Source: Spirochaetaceae bacterium
Lineage (GTDB): Bacteria > Spirochaetota > Spirochaetia > DSM-2461
Direction of reading: 5' to 3'
Assembly: GCA_016744925.1 (NCBI GenBank)
Contig: JADGDJ010000002.1
Coordinates: forward strand, 4,024 to 68,023
DNA: 64,000 nt
Shown: positions 1 through 8,549 of the stretch, piece after piece
Layout of the letters: each line of letters begins with the position of its first letter
Numbering within the stretch: the stretch's first letter is position 1
Program-made: the position numbers and the translations under genes
Notes under the pieces: generated by a model
Told to the model about the DNA's origin: nothing
What the model saw: only the letters and a program-made list of their open reading frames with translations
Databases searched by the model: none

Positions 1-1
1 G

Positions 2-127
2 GTTTTAAAACCGTTGGTTAGAACTGCTCTGGAACTTTCTCCCTATATCGGCGATATGGGTACTCCTGAAAGGAGAGATGGTGGAAGCGGTGCAACCTGG
101 GCGGTTGTACGTCAACGCTCTCTGTAG
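2..127 (+). CDS. Smr/MutS2-domain protein, C-terminal fragment (truncated by window edge)
   Basis: Frame from base 2 reads [41 protein letters not shown]; GGSGAT preceded by VLK..V...L is typical of the Smr C-terminus. Not in ORF track. Confidence 0.7.
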   Translation, partial: VLKPLVRTALELSPYIGDMGTPERRDGGSGATWAVVRQRSL

Positions 128-330
128 ATGATTCTACCTCTTGTCAGATCATAGGGGGAGAGAGCTACTCTTACCTTATCTCCAGGTACTATTCTAATGT
201 AGTGTTTTCTCATCTTTCCGGAAAGATGAGCAAGTATTAAATGACCGTTTTTCAACTCAACCTTAAATAATGTATTTGGAAGAGACTCTTTTACGATACC
301 TTCTACTTCTATTGCTTCTTCTTTTGCCAA
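112..330 (-). CDS. infA: translation initiation factor IF-1
   Basis: [10 protein letters not shown]...[10 protein letters not shown]...[19 protein letters not shown]...[13 protein letters not shown]; start moved to TTG at 330 (AGGAG upstream), giving 72 aa. Confidence 0.97.
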   Translation of the reverse strand: MAKEEAIEVEGIVKESLPNTLFKVELKNGHLILAHLSGKMRKHYIRIVPGDKVRVALSPYDLTRGRIIYRER

Positions 331-367
331 AAAATAAACTCCTGCAGGATTTTTGATTTCTCCGGAA

Positions 368-396
368 ATAGTATGTTTCTTTAATCGATTTGTCAA
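368..396 (-). promoter_or_regulatory. sigma70-type promoter for infA
   Basis: Minus strand TTGACA (391-396), 17-bp spacer, TACTAT (368-373); back-to-back with TTGACT (401-406) facing dksA. Confidence 0.65.
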
Positions 397-470
397 CAGC
401 TTGACTTTTTTTGGAAAAGATATATATTTTATGCCTAATTAACTGATGTTAACTAAAGGGGTCCAAAATT

Positions 471-827
471 ATGGATGTAGAATTTATTTCCAGAATGCGT
501 CAGGTCCTTCTTGATACAAAAGAGGGAATTCTAAAAACCCTGATGCATGAAAATGAAGATTTTAGAGCAGCTGTCGAGGACATGGGAGTAAAGGATCTGG
601 GCGATCTTGCTTCAAACGACATTGACTGCCGTACACTTGAAGTGATCGGACATCAAGACAAACTTCGGCTTGATAAAGTTGAAGCGGCTTTGGTTAGACT
701 TGAAAACGATAAATACGGTGTCTGTGCCAAATGTACTAAAAAGATCTCAATGGCCAGACTTGAAGCGATTCCCTATGCCGTATTCTGCATTGAATGTAAA
801 ACAGCTTCCGAAAGTAGAAGACATTAA
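471..827 (+). CDS. dksA: DksA/TraR family C4 zinc-finger protein
   Basis: DLGDLA (DxxDxA) coiled-coil tip; YGVCAKC...RLEAIPYAVFCIEC zinc finger. Confidence 0.88.
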   Translation: MDVEFISRMRQVLLDTKEGILKTLMHENEDFRAAVEDMGVKDLGDLASNDIDCRTLEVIGHQDKLRLDKVEAALVRLENDKYGVCAKCTKKISMARLEAIPYAVFCIECKTASESRRH

Positions 828-879
828 AAAATAGTTATATCTTCATCTCTGTTACCGATAATGATATTGGAGGACAGAG

Positions 880-1263
880 ATGAGACTTTCCGGAAGCGGA
901 TTAAATCTTGGATACAATCAGATTTCAACATCAAGCCAAAGTGGTAAAATCGGTCTACCAGTCTCCGGTAAAGCGGTATTGTATTCCCATTTCAAACATG
1001 TTCAAGGGTATAGATCGAACGATAGTACGCGGACTGTCCCCTTATCTAAAATTGGAATACTGAATAATTTGATAGAAAATCTTACAAGAATGAAAAGTGA
1101 CAGTTCCCTGAAGAACTCCATCACCAGCACTGAAACGATGTCCTCTGAGGCTGCAAGCCGCCTAATTGATACTTATGCTAAAGAACTGCATCGGGTTGTA
1201 GCAGCGGCGAATACGGGGTTCAACGCCACCGAAACGGGAATGGTTGTCTCCTTAACAGCCTGA
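880..1263 (+). CDS. hypothetical protein
   Basis: 127-aa ORF with GGAGG RBS; no recognised family. Confidence 0.7.
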   Translation: MRLSGSGLNLGYNQISTSSQSGKIGLPVSGKAVLYSHFKHVQGYRSNDSTRTVPLSKIGILNNLIENLTRMKSDSSLKNSITSTETMSSEAASRLIDTYAKELHRVVAAANTGFNATETGMVVSLTA

Positions 1264-1269
1264 GTCTCT

Positions 1270-2391
1270 ATGCCTGCAGTATTTGTACTGATTTTTATCC
1301 CCATATTATTTTACCTTCTCATTCCTGCCGCCGGAGCGTTCTCTGTGCGAAAGACCTGGAGGTTATTCCGGGAAAATATGGTCGATTCATCTTTTTATAC
1401 CATCTGTGGTTATGAAGATATTATCGCCTTGAGACGCGAAGGGTATTACAGATTCTTTGGTGAAATAGAAGCCGTTCAATCACAGGGTTTGCTCTGGGTG
1501 AAGAATCGGGAAATGTCCATGACAGTTAAAATGCAATTCTGTAATATCTATATGATTCCTTCTGAAAAGAAAATGAGTTCTCAAATGCCGATTAAACTTC
1601 CCTGGAACAGGGTCTTTTCTCTTGCTGAGGGGACGGCAATTTTCATAAGCGGTGATGTAAAAGAAGATGAGGGGAGGGTCGTTTTTTCCGGTAATAAAAA
1701 AGAACCCCTTACTGTTATCATTTATGACGGTGAGCAGCGGTCTCTTCTTGAGCGATCCATCAGTTGCGGGCGGCAGAAAAATGAGTACTGGAATTTTTTA
1801 ACACCCTGGTCAATCGCGGCAGGAGGGATCATTTCTCTCATTCTGCTCGATATGATGATTAAAGCTTCTGTTCCATCATCGGTACTGCTAATGGGGATTA
1901 TTGTTTCTGCTATGCCCCTCATCCCTTTTATTCCGCCGGGTCTGATCTTTTTTCTTCTCTATGCCAATATGTGGAAAAAGGGGAGGTATTGCCGATCCGA
2001 TAGAGATCTCATCAGCCTTCCTCTCCGTTTTGAAGATCGAAACATCAGCGATCCGGACTATCTGCACGTAAAGTTCAGTGCTGATCGACCCATTTTCCCC
2101 CTAAAAGATGGTTATAGCAGCCGGAATATTCACTTTAAGAGAGGTAATCAAACATCTTTGTGGGACAATTCTGCTTTTGGAAGAGTTGAGTTAAAAGAAG
2201 ATGGAAAATGGCTGTGCAGACCCGAAGACCCGATGAAGGAATACCTTCTACTCTATGATGATCCGGGAGAAATGATACGCAATTCGAATAAGAAAGCCCT
2301 GGTTTATGAACTTTTATCGCTGTTCTTTATTGCTATAGCTACAATTGTGAATATATTTGTTTTGATTGTTCTTATTCGCGCCATTATGTAA
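1270..2391 (+). CDS. hypothetical membrane protein
   Basis: 373-aa ORF with N-terminal, two central and one C-terminal hydrophobic segments. Confidence 0.7.
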   Translation: MPAVFVLIFIPILFYLLIPAAGAFSVRKTWRLFRENMVDSSFYTICGYEDIIALRREGYYRFFGEIEAVQSQGLLWVKNREMSMTVKMQFCNIYMIPSEKKMSSQMPIKLPWNRVFSLAEGTAIFISGDVKEDEGRVVFSGNKKEPLTVIIYDGEQRSLLERSISCGRQKNEYWNFLTPWSIAAGGIISLILLDMMIKASVPSSVLLMGIIVSAMPLIPFIPPGLIFFLLYANMWKKGRYCRSDRDLISLPLRFEDRNISDPDYLHVKFSADRPIFPLKDGYSSRNIHFKRGNQTSLWDNSAFGRVELKEDGKWLCRPEDPMKEYLLLYDDPGEMIRNSNKKALVYELLSLFFIAIATIVNIFVLIVLIRAIM

Positions 2392-2401
2392 AGGGGATAA
2401 G

Positions 2402-2430
2402 AAAAAAGGGCAGGTAAAAACCCGCCCTTT
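2402..2430. terminator. intrinsic terminator between convergent genes
   Basis: AAAGGGC...GCCCTTT stem with flanking A-tract. Confidence 0.6.
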
Positions 2431-2453
2431 CCGGAACAGCTGTAAAAATGTAT

Positions 2454-2900
2454 TTATTTCTTTTTGGCGAAATTGACTACAAGGTTTCTTCCTCTGTAGT
2501 TTATTCCATCGAGATTATCTATAGCAGTGGCTGCGCTTGCTTCTTTTATAGTGATAAAAGAATAGCTATCCAATACCTTGATCTCTCCTAAATCTTCTCT
2601 TTTGATTTTACCTGCACCGATAAATAACTGAATCAGATCTCGCGGATAAACTCTGCGGTTTTTTCCGACACTGATAAAAAGAGTGGTGCCTTCGGTAATT
2701 TTTCTTCGTGATTTGGGTTCAACGGCTTGCTTGAGAAGGTATGCTGCTGCCCATGGACGCAAATGTAAAGGTACTGTCTTCCTGAATATCTTTTTGTATA
2801 CTTTGAGGTCGTCGGGGTTTGCATTTTCCCTGACATCTTTTAATAAAGTATCTATGGCAGATATCATGGAATCAGTTAAAACATCGTCAACTCTGCTCAT
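2454..2900 (-). CDS. DbpA RNA-binding domain protein
   Basis: LFISVGKNRRVYPRDL...LGEIKVLDSYSFI...GINYRGRNLVV resembles the DbpA C-terminal domain; no helicase core. Confidence 0.85.
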   Translation of the reverse strand: MSRVDDVLTDSMISAIDTLLKDVRENANPDDLKVYKKIFRKTVPLHLRPWAAAYLLKQAVEPKSRRKITEGTTLFISVGKNRRVYPRDLIQLFIGAGKIKREDLGEIKVLDSYSFITIKEASAATAIDNLDGINYRGRNLVVNFAKKK

Positions 2901-3130
2901 TGCGATTTCTCCTTAAAATACATAAAAAATTGTATGGTGATCAAATGGCTTATGAAAACAAAAAAAAGAATAATAGCTGTTCCTGCTCTTTTTTGCTAAA
3001 GTTTTAACAACTTGCCTACCAATATTGTCACTATATATGTATCAAACAATACTTAATTTATTAACTGAAAGGCGTTTTGTCAAGAATTTGATTTTTATTG
3101 AAGTATTTTTTATACCACAGGAGAATAATA

Positions 3131-4351
3131 ATGCTAATCCGCCGGAACCTTTTTTATTTGGTGCTTTTTTTATTACCTTTATCTCTTTTTTCTCTGGAAT
3201 TTAAATTCAAGTACAATCAGGGAGACACTTATAGGATTGTTACGGAAGTTCTTGAAGACGTTAAAGAAAATGACCTATTGATTTTTTCTACGGAAATATT
3301 AAATAGAATAGCTGTCTCTATTGAGAGTGTTGATGAAGCCGGTGGTGATATTGATGCGGTGTATCAAATTTCTGAACGATTGTCCGGGGGGAGCGGGTAT
3401 CACTGGAGTTCTGAAGAAAAGGCTCGGTTTTCCAGAGATGTCCTGGGAATCTATTCGGGTATTTCTGACGATGCGGGGCTTCCCTCTGTGCGCGATATTC
3501 CCAGATTTCCCGACAGAGATGTTCAACCGGGAGACCGCTGGGAATTCTTTGCCGAGGAAGTTCACGATCTTGAGCAGTTCTTCGGTATCAATTACAGGCT
3601 TCATATCCCTTTTCGCGTGTTCTATACCTATGAGGGATCCTTTGAGGAAGAGGGGAAAACTCTCGATTTAATACTCATCAATTACAATATTTATTACGAA
3701 GAGGATCCGATTCTAACTATGTATGAACATCCCGATTGGGGTGATGTTTTCCCTGAAAAAATAGTAGGGTCTTTTTATCAGAAATATATATGGGATCGCG
3801 AAGCGGGGCGCCCGCTCAGAGTGGAAGACAGATTTGAATACAAATATTATCTTTCGACAGATGTATCCTATACTTTTTCCGGAGTATCTAAGGGTGATGT
3901 TATTTTTTCCGAAGAAATGGACCGGGAAAAAATGGCTGAAGAGATAAACAGAGAATTGGAAAGTGACGGTATTGATGATATCCAGGTCACTTCTGAAGAG
4001 GACGGCGTGAGAATCACGATGGAGAATATACGTTTTCTTCCCAATTCTCCTATTTTAGAAGATTCAGAAGTAGTAAAACTGCAGCGGATTTCAGATATAC
4101 TTCTTCGATACAGAGATCGAGATATCCTGATAACAGGCCATACAGCCCGATTCGGTACGGAGGAAAGCAGTCAGGTTCTCTCGGAAGAGCGAGCTGGCGC
4201 TGTAGCCTCTTTTTTACTGGAAAATGATATTCGTCATGAATCGGAGATTGTAACGAGAGGATTCGGATCCATGAGGCCTGTCGGTGATAACGGCACCATT
4301 GAGGGACAGAAGTTGAACAGGAGAGTTGAAATTACAATTCTGGAGAATTAG
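3131..4351 (+). CDS. OmpA-family protein with signal peptide
   Basis: Signal peptide; C-terminal ITGHTA...LSEERAGAV...GFGSMRP...NRRVEITIL OmpA domain; ATG 3131 follows AGGAG. Confidence 0.88.
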   Translation: MLIRRNLFYLVLFLLPLSLFSLEFKFKYNQGDTYRIVTEVLEDVKENDLLIFSTEILNRIAVSIESVDEAGGDIDAVYQISERLSGGSGYHWSSEEKARFSRDVLGIYSGISDDAGLPSVRDIPRFPDRDVQPGDRWEFFAEEVHDLEQFFGINYRLHIPFRVFYTYEGSFEEEGKTLDLILINYNIYYEEDPILTMYEHPDWGDVFPEKIVGSFYQKYIWDREAGRPLRVEDRFEYKYYLSTDVSYTFSGVSKGDVIFSEEMDREKMAEEINRELESDGIDDIQVTSEEDGVRITMENIRFLPNSPILEDSEVVKLQRISDILLRYRDRDILITGHTARFGTEESSQVLSEERAGAVASFLLENDIRHESEIVTRGFGSMRPVGDNGTIEGQKLNRRVEITILEN

Positions 4352-4375
4352 GCTATGAATAACTCTGTCTCCCTA

Positions 4376-4750
4376 TTATCGATACACTTCAATAATTTTA
4401 AAAAACTCAGCGACAATGGGTAATTCATCGGTGACATCAATATCTTCACCCCAGTAAAAGTGATGGGCATCGCGAAAATCCTGTAATTCACAATCCAATA
4501 CATCCGAAGCCAGCTTTTCATCGGCATCTCCGAATTTCAGATGTCGGATTTCTGTGATTTCAATGAGAACTTTTTCTTTCCCCGAAGGATCTTTAAGGGT
4601 AATAGTGTCCCCTTTTACAGTCTCGGGCTCATCATCCACTTTTCCAAACCACAGAGCAGGTGTACAGAATGCTCGTTTCTTTCCGGCTATGATTTCATTG
4701 ATGTGGGAGTCTTCATCACCTTCTTCTCCCCAGATAATTATACTTTTCAT
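4376..4750 (-). CDS. ASCH domain protein
   Basis: IIAGKKRAFC (GxK), KGD...ILD-like strand, EFFKII C-terminus; typical ASCH size. Confidence 0.7.
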   Translation of the reverse strand: MKSIIIWGEEGDEDSHINEIIAGKKRAFCTPALWFGKVDDEPETVKGDTITLKDPSGKEKVLIEITEIRHLKFGDADEKLASDVLDCELQDFRDAHHFYWGEDIDVTDELPIVAEFFKIIEVYR

Positions 4751-4884
4751 AGACTGGAAGTTTACTCTATTTTAAATATTGGATAAAGGCTTCTAAATGT
4801 AGTAGGTTTAACGTATAGGCAAAGTGTTCGCATAGCATATTTCAGCGTGATACAATGTGAGACGAACTGTAATGCGGAGGTTCT

Positions 4885-6009
4885 ATGGAAAATGATCAAA
4901 ACCGGATAGATGAACTTAAATCCCGAATTGGCGAAAATAAAATTGATTTAAAGCAGATATATCAGACTGTTGGTGAAAGAGCGGCTGTTCCTGAAGTCTT
5001 TCCCGGGGGGGATGACTCGATTTCAGAATCATTGGAAAAGCTATCCCGATTGAATAAACAGCTTGGGGATATCGATGTACAGATAAATGATTTGCGAAAT
5101 TCATTTAACAGGATTGCTGAAATTACCAGCAGGGAACAGGATATCGGTGAAGAGTATTCCGTTCTTGAAAAAGAGAACAGAAAACTGTTTCTCCCCATCG
5201 GGAAGGCGGTCTATGTAGACTGGAAAGATAAAAGGACTGACCTTTTTCCAAAACTGATGAAAAGTATTGAAGAGCAGGAATTGAAAATTCTCTCCTTCGA
5301 AAATGAAGTTTTTAAACTGACCAATAATGATGTAAAAAAGAATTTTATCAACAAGCTGAAAAATAAAAGCCGCATAATTCTTCTCAATTCAAAGAAAAGG
5401 TCCATCGAAGCATCTATGGGTAACCTCTATAAGAAAACAGGAGAAAAAGTCTATAAAAATGACATCTCATTTTTTGAGCAATTGAATACTGAATCGGTGG
5501 AAAAGTTTATCGAAAACAGGAAAATAATTTCCCGGCTGGATACTGAGATTGCATCTTTGAAAGAAGAAAATTCCAGACTGGAGAAACACCTAAAAAGCAA
5601 GTTCAGCAGTAGTAAGCAGAAAAAAGCCGAAGAAAAGCTGCAGTCGGAAAGAGATTTTCTCATGTCCGGAAAGATGTCGGAACTCAATGATCTCGGATCT
5701 TCCATGTATGGGGGAAACCTTGATTTCGGAGATAGTCAGCTTCAGTCTTTATTTAAAGACGCTGCCGAAATACACAAGAAAAACGATCTTCTTGCCAAAG
5801 ATATTGAATTGTGCAAAGCCGAGCTGGAAATAGTCAAATTGGATGAAGAAGTTGCTGATATGAAAAAAAATATAAAAGATTTGGAACTTACTATTGAAAA
5901 GTGCACCGGAGATATCGCAGAATTTAACAAAGAAATAAAACGTGCCAAATCGGAAATTCGGAAATTGAAGAAATTGACAGAAGAGGGCACAGAGAAAAAA
6001 GAAGAATGA
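4885..6009 (+). CDS. hypothetical coiled-coil protein
   Basis: 374 aa, K/E-rich heptad pattern; GGAGG RBS; probably co-transcribed with cheW. Confidence 0.75.
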   Translation: MENDQNRIDELKSRIGENKIDLKQIYQTVGERAAVPEVFPGGDDSISESLEKLSRLNKQLGDIDVQINDLRNSFNRIAEITSREQDIGEEYSVLEKENRKLFLPIGKAVYVDWKDKRTDLFPKLMKSIEEQELKILSFENEVFKLTNNDVKKNFINKLKNKSRIILLNSKKRSIEASMGNLYKKTGEKVYKNDISFFEQLNTESVEKFIENRKIISRLDTEIASLKEENSRLEKHLKSKFSSSKQKKAEEKLQSERDFLMSGKMSELNDLGSSMYGGNLDFGDSQLQSLFKDAAEIHKKNDLLAKDIELCKAELEIVKLDEEVADMKKNIKDLELTIEKCTGDIAEFNKEIKRAKSEIRKLKKLTEEGTEKKEE

Positions 6010-6019
6010 GGAGTTGTTT

Positions 6020-6556
6020 ATGAGTTCTATCGGCGAAACTAATGAATATTTAACATTTTATCTCAGTGGAGAGGAATATGCCATTGAAGTCTCTAAGATT
6101 GAAAGCGTTTTGGAATATACCAAGATTACTCCTCTCCCTGGTACGGATGATTCAATTAAAGGTGTTATTAATCTGAGAGGCCGCGCTCTTCCCGTGATTG
6201 ATCTCCGTAAGGTTTTAGCTCTTGAGGAATCGGATATAACACTTGATACATCGATTATTGTTATGATTATCGAATCTGAAGGAGATATACTCACAATCGG
6301 TGGATTGGTTGATTCCGTAAAAGAGGTTGTAGAGATTCCTCCCGAAGATATTCAGGAAGCTCCCAAAGTCGGAATTCGGATAAAGAGCACATTTATTGTT
6401 GGTATAGCTAAGAAAGAGGATACGTTCACCATTCTGCTGGATATCGATAGAATCCTGAATACGGAACAGATGGCAATAGCTTCAGAAGCAGATAATCTTC
6501 TTATCGAAAATAATGAAACCGGTACTTTGGAGTCACCTGTAGAATCGAAAGACTAA
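6020..6556 (+). CDS. cheW: chemotaxis coupling protein CheW
   Basis: EYLTFYL..EEYAI...GVINLRGRALPVIDLR...VDSVKEV...ILLDIDRIL. Confidence 0.93.
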   Translation: MSSIGETNEYLTFYLSGEEYAIEVSKIESVLEYTKITPLPGTDDSIKGVINLRGRALPVIDLRKVLALEESDITLDTSIIVMIIESEGDILTIGGLVDSVKEVVEIPPEDIQEAPKVGIRIKSTFIVGIAKKEDTFTILLDIDRILNTEQMAIASEADNLLIENNETGTLESPVESKD

Positions 6557-7269
6557 ATATGGAAATATTTTTTAACTTTCAGCGGTTTACCTGTTTTGTA
6601 ATAGATGTAATAGAGTAGGCCGGCTGCCGGAATTGCAGCTGAGAGTACAATAAGGGACCAGCCTAAAACTACTGTTCCAGTTATAAACATCGAGACGGCC
6701 AGTTCTATTCCCAGACATTCGATGCCTATGGAAAATACGATAAAGGAGAGGATATTTATCCCTTTTATTTTTATTATTCTGCTCAGAAAAATATTTAGTA
6801 TAATCAATGCTGCCGTAACGGTTATAATGGGGAACGCCAGTCCTTTAAACCAGTAAATCCCATCACTGAACGAATCTAAGGAATAAGTATAAAAGAGAGT
6901 TGAAAGATAATAGGCCAATAGTGTCAGTACGGGTTTTTTGTAGTAGAGAAGAGGCAGTAGAATCAGAACCCATATAAAAATAAGTGAACTAATCGTATAA
7001 GTGCCCCAGGTTACATCTCCATTGATTACAATGTCTGCCGCTATGGCAATGGATGCAGGGATGAGAAGCCCGAATGTGACGAGAATAGCCGCCATTCTCC
7101 TTCTCTCTATTTTATTTCGCTTTGGTGCATGAGAGTGAGGGGCCGCTTTTTCCGGATATCTGCCAAGGTCTTTTTTTTCGGGATCGAGAATCTGGATCTC
7201 TGTGAAGCAAAGGGGGCACTTTGTTACTTCATCATCAACTTCAACTCCGCATCTTGAACAATAGGGCAT
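6553..7269 (-). CDS. zinc-ribbon membrane protein (DUF6320-like)
   Basis: N-terminal CxxC...CxxC, about 6 TM segments, C-terminal KKYFHI. Confidence 0.7.
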   Translation of the reverse strand: MPYCSRCGVEVDDEVTKCPLCFTEIQILDPEKKDLGRYPEKAAPHSHAPKRNKIERRRMAAILVTFGLLIPASIAIAADIVINGDVTWGTYTISSLIFIWVLILLPLLYYKKPVLTLLAYYLSTLFYTYSLDSFSDGIYWFKGLAFPIITVTAALIILNIFLSRIIKIKGINILSFIVFSIGIECLGIELAVSMFITGTVVLGWSLIVLSAAIPAAGLLYYIYYKTGKPLKVKKYFHI

Positions 7270-7277
7270 ATTTTACC

Positions 7278-8549
7278 TCAGTTACTTTCTATTTTAATTT
7301 GAATTCCCATTTTTCTCAGCTTCCTGAAAAAAAGTTTTTCGATGGGAGCATCCTTAATCAGTCTGCCAAATGAAATATACATATTGTCCCCGAAAGAGAC
7401 AACAGCCGCTTTGGTTTTCAAACCTGTAGAGGGTGCCGGTATAAATTCAAATCGCTCGATTTTATCTTTAACCTCTTCAGGCATGTTTATCAGGCCGAGG
7501 TTGGACAGACCGCTTGAATAGTTATTTTCACCCAGGACATTATAAATTATAGGAAGCATCAGGTTTTTAATTGCCAAAGGCAGAACTCTGATTGCGGCAT
7601 ACATTTCTCCTTTGACATTTCGGGTGATCTGCTGATTGAGCACTTTGTTATCCACTTCGTGACGCATATAGTGGTGTACTTTCAGGAGGATCTCTTCAAA
7701 GGTATAAAATCCCAATCTCGGGTCAATGGCCGGTTCAAGGGGGATAAAGAAGTTTTTCATTGTCTTTGTATTGAAGATGGGTCGTAAATTGACCGGAATA
7801 TTGATGACAATCGGTTTGTACTTTCTCGGTTTTACATGCCTCTGACAATATTCCTGGTAGGAATCTATTAATACAGCTGTTAGAAACTCCGTAAGAGAAA
7901 CTCCGTTTTTTTTACTTTCAGCTAAAATTTGAGATGCGGGAATTATGGCTGTTATAATATTGTATCGGCCCGGCCAGTCCAAAATCTGGGGAAGGTGGAA
8001 TGCTCTGTTCTGTTTTCGGTTGAAAGGGAGTTTTTTATTGTAAACGCTTTTAAAGGAGTCTTCAAATTCTTCAGAATCAGGATTTTCATTGATATCGAAG
8101 ATAAAGGGATCGCTTTTACTATTCACCTCGAGTCCGCAGGCCTTGAAATATTCGCACATAAGGGTTTTCAGAAAGATGACCGCACCGGTTCCATCGGTGA
8201 GAATATGGGAGAATTCAACAGAGACTTTTTTGCTGAAAGCTCTGACCCTGAAAAGGTACATTCTTTCCTTTTTCACATTCATGGCCATACAGGGGTACAA
8301 TGAGTCCTGTTCAATAATCGGTGAGTGCTCATTTGTTTCAAGAAAATACCAGAATACTCCCGCTTTGATCTGAACATTGAAATAGGGAAATCTGTGTATC
8401 ACCCGATCGAGGGTTTCCTGAAGGATCCCTGCATTGATTCTGTCTTTCAGGGTAACACTAATGCGAAAGAGAGAGGTACGCCTATGGGACAGTATGGCGG
8501 GGTAAACTTTCCCCGCATTGTCCAGACGATACCAATTCTTATCTTTCAT
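7278..8549 (-). CDS. alcohol-acetyltransferase/condensation-domain-like acyltransferase
   Basis: WYRLDNAGK start, HILTDG (HxxxDG) motif, PVNLR and SNLG motifs of CoA-dependent acyltransferases. Confidence 0.75.
   Translation of the reverse strand: MKDKNWYRLDNAGKVYPAILSHRRTSLFRISVTLKDRINAGILQETLDRVIHRFPYFNVQIKAGVFWYFLETNEHSPIIEQDSLYPCMAMNVKKERMYLFRVRAFSKKVSVEFSHILTDGTGAVIFLKTLMCEYFKACGLEVNSKSDPFIFDINENPDSEEFEDSFKSVYNKKLPFNRKQNRAFHLPQILDWPGRYNIITAIIPASQILAESKKNGVSLTEFLTAVLIDSYQEYCQRHVKPRKYKPIVINIPVNLRPIFNTKTMKNFFIPLEPAIDPRLGFYTFEEILLKVHHYMRHEVDNKVLNQQITRNVKGEMYAAIRVLPLAIKNLMLPIIYNVLGENNYSSGLSNLGLINMPEEVKDKIERFEFIPAPSTGLKTKAAVVSFGDNMYISFGRLIKDAPIEKLFFRKLRKMGIQIKIESN

Noticed and set aside
331-396. 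94-aa version of IF-1 in the ORF track
   Set aside because: The extension covers the RBS and promoter; TTG at 330 gives the standard 72-aa protein.
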